DNA of 63,968 nucleotides, filler included, from a bacterium (GTDB lineage: Bacteria > JBDRGX01), in the NCBI GenBank assembly GCA_043817485.1. It is 6 parts of 6 records of this genome, joined end to end, with 100 filler letters (N's around TTAATTAATTAA, not from the genome) between each part and the next. Parts side by side here need not be neighbours in the genome. Positions count along the whole stretch, not along the records: positions 55,126 to 63,968 come from JBDRGX010000064.1; 5 more parts are not named here. The stretch is one strand, 5' to 3'. The notes below the pieces were generated by a model, which was not told the origin of the DNA, did no database searches, and was given only the letters and a program-made list of their open reading frames with translations. The position numbers and the translations under genes were made by a program. Shown one piece after another: positions 60,045-63,968 of this stretch. How positions within the stretch are numbered: the stretch's first letter is position 1; each line of letters opens with the position of its first letter.

Positions 60045-61106
60045 GTGAAAACAATTTATATATGTTCTTTAGATTCTTATTCTGGAAAAAGTTTAATTTG
60101 TTTAGGTTTAGGAATGAAATTAAAAGAAAAAAATAAAAAAATTGGATATTTAAAACCATTTGGAAATTTTCCTATTTCTTCAAAACATGGAATAATAGAC
60201 GAAGATGTACTTTTAATTTCTGAAGCATTAGATTTTAAAGATCCTCTTTCTTTAATTTGTCCAATACTTTTAGATGAACAATTAGTAGAAAAAAATTTTG
60301 CAGAAAAAAATTTATCAAAAGAAAATTATTTTTCTAAAATAATCAATAGTTTTACAGAGATTAGCAAAAATAAAGATTTTATGCTTATTACTGGTGCGAG
60401 TTCTTTTTTAACAGATGGATTTTTCCTTGATATTCCAGATTTTAAAATTGCTAAAAAACTTAATGCAGAAATTATTTTTATTGCTAAATATACTTCTTCT
60501 TTTGTTATAGATCAAATTTTATTTGTAAAAGAATTTCTTAAAAAAGATCTTTTGGGTGTTATTATTAATGGTGTTCCTTATAATAAATTATCTTATGCAA
60601 AAGAAATGTATTTTGATTATTTAAAAGAAAAAGACATAAATCTTTTAGGAATTATGCCCGAAGAGCCATTTTTTAAATATATTAGCATTCAGGAACTTCA
60701 AGAAAAAATAGGTGGAAAAATACTTTGTGCTGATGAAAAGAAAAATGAACTAATTGAACATTTTAGTGTTGGAGCAATGGATGCAGAAAATGCTTTAAAA
60801 CATTTTAGAAAAATTACTAATAAAGCTGTAATTACTGGTGGAGATAGATCTGATATTCAATTAGCAGCACTTGAAACTTCTACTAAATGCCTAATTTTAA
60901 GTGGAGGGTTTCAACCCAGTTCACTTATATTATCACGAGCAATAGAATTAAAAATACCTATTATTGTTGTAGAACAAGATACTTTAAGCATTGTTGAACA
61001 AATTGAAAAATCTGTAGGGAAAGTAAGAATTAAAGAAAAAGAAAAAATTCAAAAAGTAATTCAACTTGTAAATGAACATATTGCTTTTGATAAAATCATT
61101 GATTAA
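60045..61106 (+). CDS. phosphotransacetylase N-terminal-like (BioD-like + DRTGG) protein
   Basis: SGKS, GYLKP, ITGGDRSDIQLAALE; usual neighbour of ADP-forming ACS. Confidence 0.88.
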   Translation: MKTIYICSLDSYSGKSLICLGLGMKLKEKNKKIGYLKPFGNFPISSKHGIIDEDVLLISEALDFKDPLSLICPILLDEQLVEKNFAEKNLSKENYFSKIINSFTEISKNKDFMLITGASSFLTDGFFLDIPDFKIAKKLNAEIIFIAKYTSSFVIDQILFVKEFLKKDLLGVIINGVPYNKLSYAKEMYFDYLKEKDINLLGIMPEEPFFKYISIQELQEKIGGKILCADEKKNELIEHFSVGAMDAENALKHFRKITNKAVITGGDRSDIQLAALETSTKCLILSGGFQPSSLILSRAIELKIPIIVVEQDTLSIVEQIEKSVGKVRIKEKEKIQKVIQLVNEHIAFDKIID

Positions 61107-61132
61107 ATTTATTTATATATAAAAGGAATATT

Positions 61133-62851
61133 ATGTTTTGGTCAAAATCTTTAATCCCAAGTTTAAAAGAAGAGCCACAAGAAGCAGAAATAATTTCTCA
61201 TAAACTAATGATTAGAGCTGGAATGTTGAGAAAATTAACTTCTGGAATTTATAATTTTCTTCCATTAGGATTGAAAGTTCTTCATAAAATAGCAAATATT
61301 GTTAGAGAAGAAATGGATAAATCTGGGGCTCAAGAATTATTATTAGCAACATTACAACCTCGTCAAATTTGGGATGAAACTGGTAGATGGTCAATATATG
61401 GGGATGAATTAGTAAGAATTGTAGATAGGCATAAAAGAGATTTTTGTTTAGGGCCTACACATGAAGAAGTAATCACAGATTTAGTAAGAAAAGAAATAAG
61501 GTCTTATCGTCAATTACCTCAAACTTTTTATCAAATTCAAACTAAATTTAGAGATGAAATAAGACCACGATTTGGAATAATGAGATGTCGTGAATTTTCA
61601 ATGAAAGATGCTTATAGTTTTGATTCTTCTTATGAAAATGCAGAAAAAACTTATTGGAAAATGATTGAAGTTTATAAAAATATATTTACTCGGTGTAATT
61701 TGAATTTTAAAGCAGTAGAAGCAGATCCTGGACAAATAGGTGGAAATTTTTCTCATGAATTTATGGTAATAGCTAATGTCGGGGAAGAAAAAATTACATT
61801 TTGCAATAATTGTAATTATTCAGCAAATATAGAAAATGCAGAATGTTTTTTAAATAATGAAATTGAAAATAAAGAAGATTTCCCATTAGAAGAAATTTAT
61901 ACACCAAATAAAAAAACTGTTGAAGAAGTTGCATTTTTTTTAAATTGTTCTACACAAAATTTATTAAAAACTTTATTATATCAATATCAAGAAAAATATT
62001 ATGCTGTGCTTATTCGAGGGGATAGAGAATTAAATGAAACAAAATTAAAAAAAGTATTAAATTTAAAAGAAATTACTTTAGTAGAATCAGAAAAAATACA
62101 AGAACTTACAAATTCTCCTTGTGGTTTTACTGGCCCAGTAAAATTAAAAGAAATTATTAAAGATATTATAATTGTTGGCGATCAAGAAATTAGTTTAATG
62201 AAAAATATGATAACTGGCGCTAATAAAATTGATACTCATTTTATAAATGTAAATGTAAATAGAGATTTTAATGTTGATATTTTAGCAAATATTAAAAAAG
62301 TTAAAAAAGGGGATTTGTGTATTAATTGTCAACAAGAATTACAATTTGCTCAAGGAATAGAAGTAGGTCATACTTTTATGTTAGGTACAAAATATAGCCA
62401 AGCAATGAAAGCTTTTTTTCTTAATGAAATTGGCGAAGAAAAACCAATTATTATGGGATGTTATGGTATTGGTATAGGAAGAACATTAGCTGCAAGTATT
62501 GAACAAAATCATGATGATTACGGAATTATTTGGCCACTTGCATTAGCTCCTTATCAAGTTTTAATTCTTCCAGTAAATGTTCAAGAAACACAACAAATGG
62601 AATTAGCTTTAAAATTATATTACCAATTTAAAGATGAATCAATTGAAGTACTATTAGATGATAGAGATATAAGAGGTGGTATTAAATTTAATGATGCAGA
62701 TTTAATAGGGATTCCTTTTAGAATTACTATTGGTTCAAAATCTTTAAAAGAAGGAAATGCAGAAATAAAAATTAGAAAAACAGGTGAAATTATAAAAGTA
62801 AAAATAGATGAAGTTAGACAAAAAATAAAAGAATTAATTGAAAAAGGGTAA
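61133..62851 (+). CDS. proS: prolyl-tRNA synthetase with editing domain
   Basis: LGPTHEE, FRDEIRPRFG, MKDAYSF, GIEVGH, GCYGIG. Confidence 0.98.
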   Translation: MFWSKSLIPSLKEEPQEAEIISHKLMIRAGMLRKLTSGIYNFLPLGLKVLHKIANIVREEMDKSGAQELLLATLQPRQIWDETGRWSIYGDELVRIVDRHKRDFCLGPTHEEVITDLVRKEIRSYRQLPQTFYQIQTKFRDEIRPRFGIMRCREFSMKDAYSFDSSYENAEKTYWKMIEVYKNIFTRCNLNFKAVEADPGQIGGNFSHEFMVIANVGEEKITFCNNCNYSANIENAECFLNNEIENKEDFPLEEIYTPNKKTVEEVAFFLNCSTQNLLKTLLYQYQEKYYAVLIRGDRELNETKLKKVLNLKEITLVESEKIQELTNSPCGFTGPVKLKEIIKDIIIVGDQEISLMKNMITGANKIDTHFINVNVNRDFNVDILANIKKVKKGDLCINCQQELQFAQGIEVGHTFMLGTKYSQAMKAFFLNEIGEEKPIIMGCYGIGIGRTLAASIEQNHDDYGIIWPLALAPYQVLILPVNVQETQQMELALKLYYQFKDESIEVLLDDRDIRGGIKFNDADLIGIPFRITIGSKSLKEGNAEIKIRKTGEIIKVKIDEVRQKIKELIEKG

Positions 62852-62856
62852 AATAT

Positions 62857-63690
62857 ATGAAGGAAAAAATTAAACAACTTTTTAAAAACTCTCCTTATTT
62901 AAAAGAATTTTATCAAAAAATTATAATTATTAAATGTGGCGGTTCTACCTTGATAGACAATCATTTAGAAGAAATGATGATAGAAGATATTGTTCATTTA
63001 CGAAATGCTGGAATTTATCCTGTTTTAATTCATGGTGGAGGCAAACAAATTTCTGCTTTATTAGAACAAAAAAAAATAAAAACTGAATTTATACAAGGAT
63101 TAAGAAAAACTACATTAGAAGTTTTAGAAATAGTTGAACAAGGATTAAAAGAAGTTAATTTAAAAATTGTTAGAATGATTGAAAAATTTGGAGGTAATCC
63201 AATTTCATCATTAGGAAAAGAAATAAATAAGGCAAAACAAAAATCTTTAGAATTAGGTTATGTTGGACAGATTTATGATATAGAAAAAAAAATTATTGAA
63301 AAATGGATAGAAAATTATATTCCAGTAATTTCTTGTTTAGCCAAAGATGAACTTGGAAATATTTATAATGTCAATGCTGATAGTGTAGCTTGTGCTTTTG
63401 CTTCTCATTTAAAAGTAGAAAAATTAATTTTTATTACTGATGTAAAAGGCGTAATGCAAGATTTCAAAAATGAAAATACTCTTTATTCTACACTTAATTT
63501 AAAACAAATAGATGACTTTGTAGAAAATGGAACTATAAAAGGTGGAATGTTAGCCAAAGTTTCTGCTTGTAAAGAAGCACTTAAATGTGGTGTTCATAAA
63601 GCTCATATTATTAGTGGCAAAATAGAAGATAGTTTAATATTAGAACTTTTAACCAATAAAGGAATAGGAACTGAAATTGTTCCTTTGTAA
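62857..63690 (+). CDS. argB: acetylglutamate kinase
   Basis: IKCGGS, HGGGKQI, GLRKT, NVNAD, GGM. Confidence 0.93.
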   Translation: MKEKIKQLFKNSPYLKEFYQKIIIIKCGGSTLIDNHLEEMMIEDIVHLRNAGIYPVLIHGGGKQISALLEQKKIKTEFIQGLRKTTLEVLEIVEQGLKEVNLKIVRMIEKFGGNPISSLGKEINKAKQKSLELGYVGQIYDIEKKIIEKWIENYIPVISCLAKDELGNIYNVNADSVACAFASHLKVEKLIFITDVKGVMQDFKNENTLYSTLNLKQIDDFVENGTIKGGMLAKVSACKEALKCGVHKAHIISGKIEDSLILELLTNKGIGTEIVPL

Positions 63691-63699
63691 AAATTAAAA

Positions 63700-63968
63700 A
63701 TGCAGTTAAAACAACTTTTAGAAAAATTAGAAGAATTAGTAAAAAATGGTGGAGTTAGTATAAAATATGAAAGAAAATATACTGGAAAAGGTGGTTTTTG
63801 TAAATATAATGAAAAACAAGTAATTATTATCAATCCCTATTTATCTATTGAATCAAAAATAAATTTATTTATAAAAGAATTATCGAAAATAAAATTAGAA
63901 AATATTGTTATTCCATTAGAAATAAAAAAAATATTAGAAAAAGAAAAAAAATATATTAATAAAAAATT
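63700..63968 (+). CDS. hypothetical protein, runs off the window end
   Basis: MQLKQLLEKLEEL...KGGFCK... open to the end. Confidence 0.6.
   Translation, partial: MQLKQLLEKLEELVKNGGVSIKYERKYTGKGGFCKYNEKQVIIINPYLSIESKINLFIKELSKIKLENIVIPLEIKKILEKEKKYINKK

Noticed and set aside
2059-63833. Short antisense or overlapping ORFs in the track (e.g. 2059, 5158, 12439, 14911, 17048, 28569, 44628, 51171, 59074, 62620)
   Set aside because: Shadow frames of well-supported genes, with no motifs or RBS.

Overview
Very AT-rich DNA from an anaerobic, two-membrane (diderm) bacterium, probably a metagenome-assembled genome of a poorly characterised lineage. It is six contigs joined by five artificial 100-bp N/TTAATTAATTAA/N linkers, so gene adjacency across a linker is meaningless. 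Most genes are housekeeping or metabolic: topA, ribF, gatB, purQ, rsmA, tkt, hisHF, folD, etfA, accB, miaA, dut, mnmA, pyrK, degP, pcrA, proS, argB and an ADP-forming acetyl-CoA synthetase. Envelope genes include LptD-like, omptin, two PorV/PorQ-like barrels, a FlgD-Ig/T9SS-type cargo protein, an amidase, NlpC/P60 and LpoB-like. The most unusual content lies in accessory and intergenic DNA. (1) An integron-type gene-cassette array with no visible integrase sits at about 40.4-42.1 kb, with two identical 51-bp attC-like sites; a second degenerate cassette remnant lies at about 14 kb. (2) Four toxin-antitoxin modules all have a broken toxin and an open antitoxin. (3) An element with long inverted ends is inserted at the centre of a REP-like palindrome; its two ends lie on different contigs and an uninterrupted copy of the target is also present. 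(4) Several nested families of palindromic and MITE-like repeats occur, one fused to the start of a DUF559 nuclease gene. No rRNA, tRNA or CRISPR array was recognised. Product calls come from motif recognition by eye; no database searches were run.
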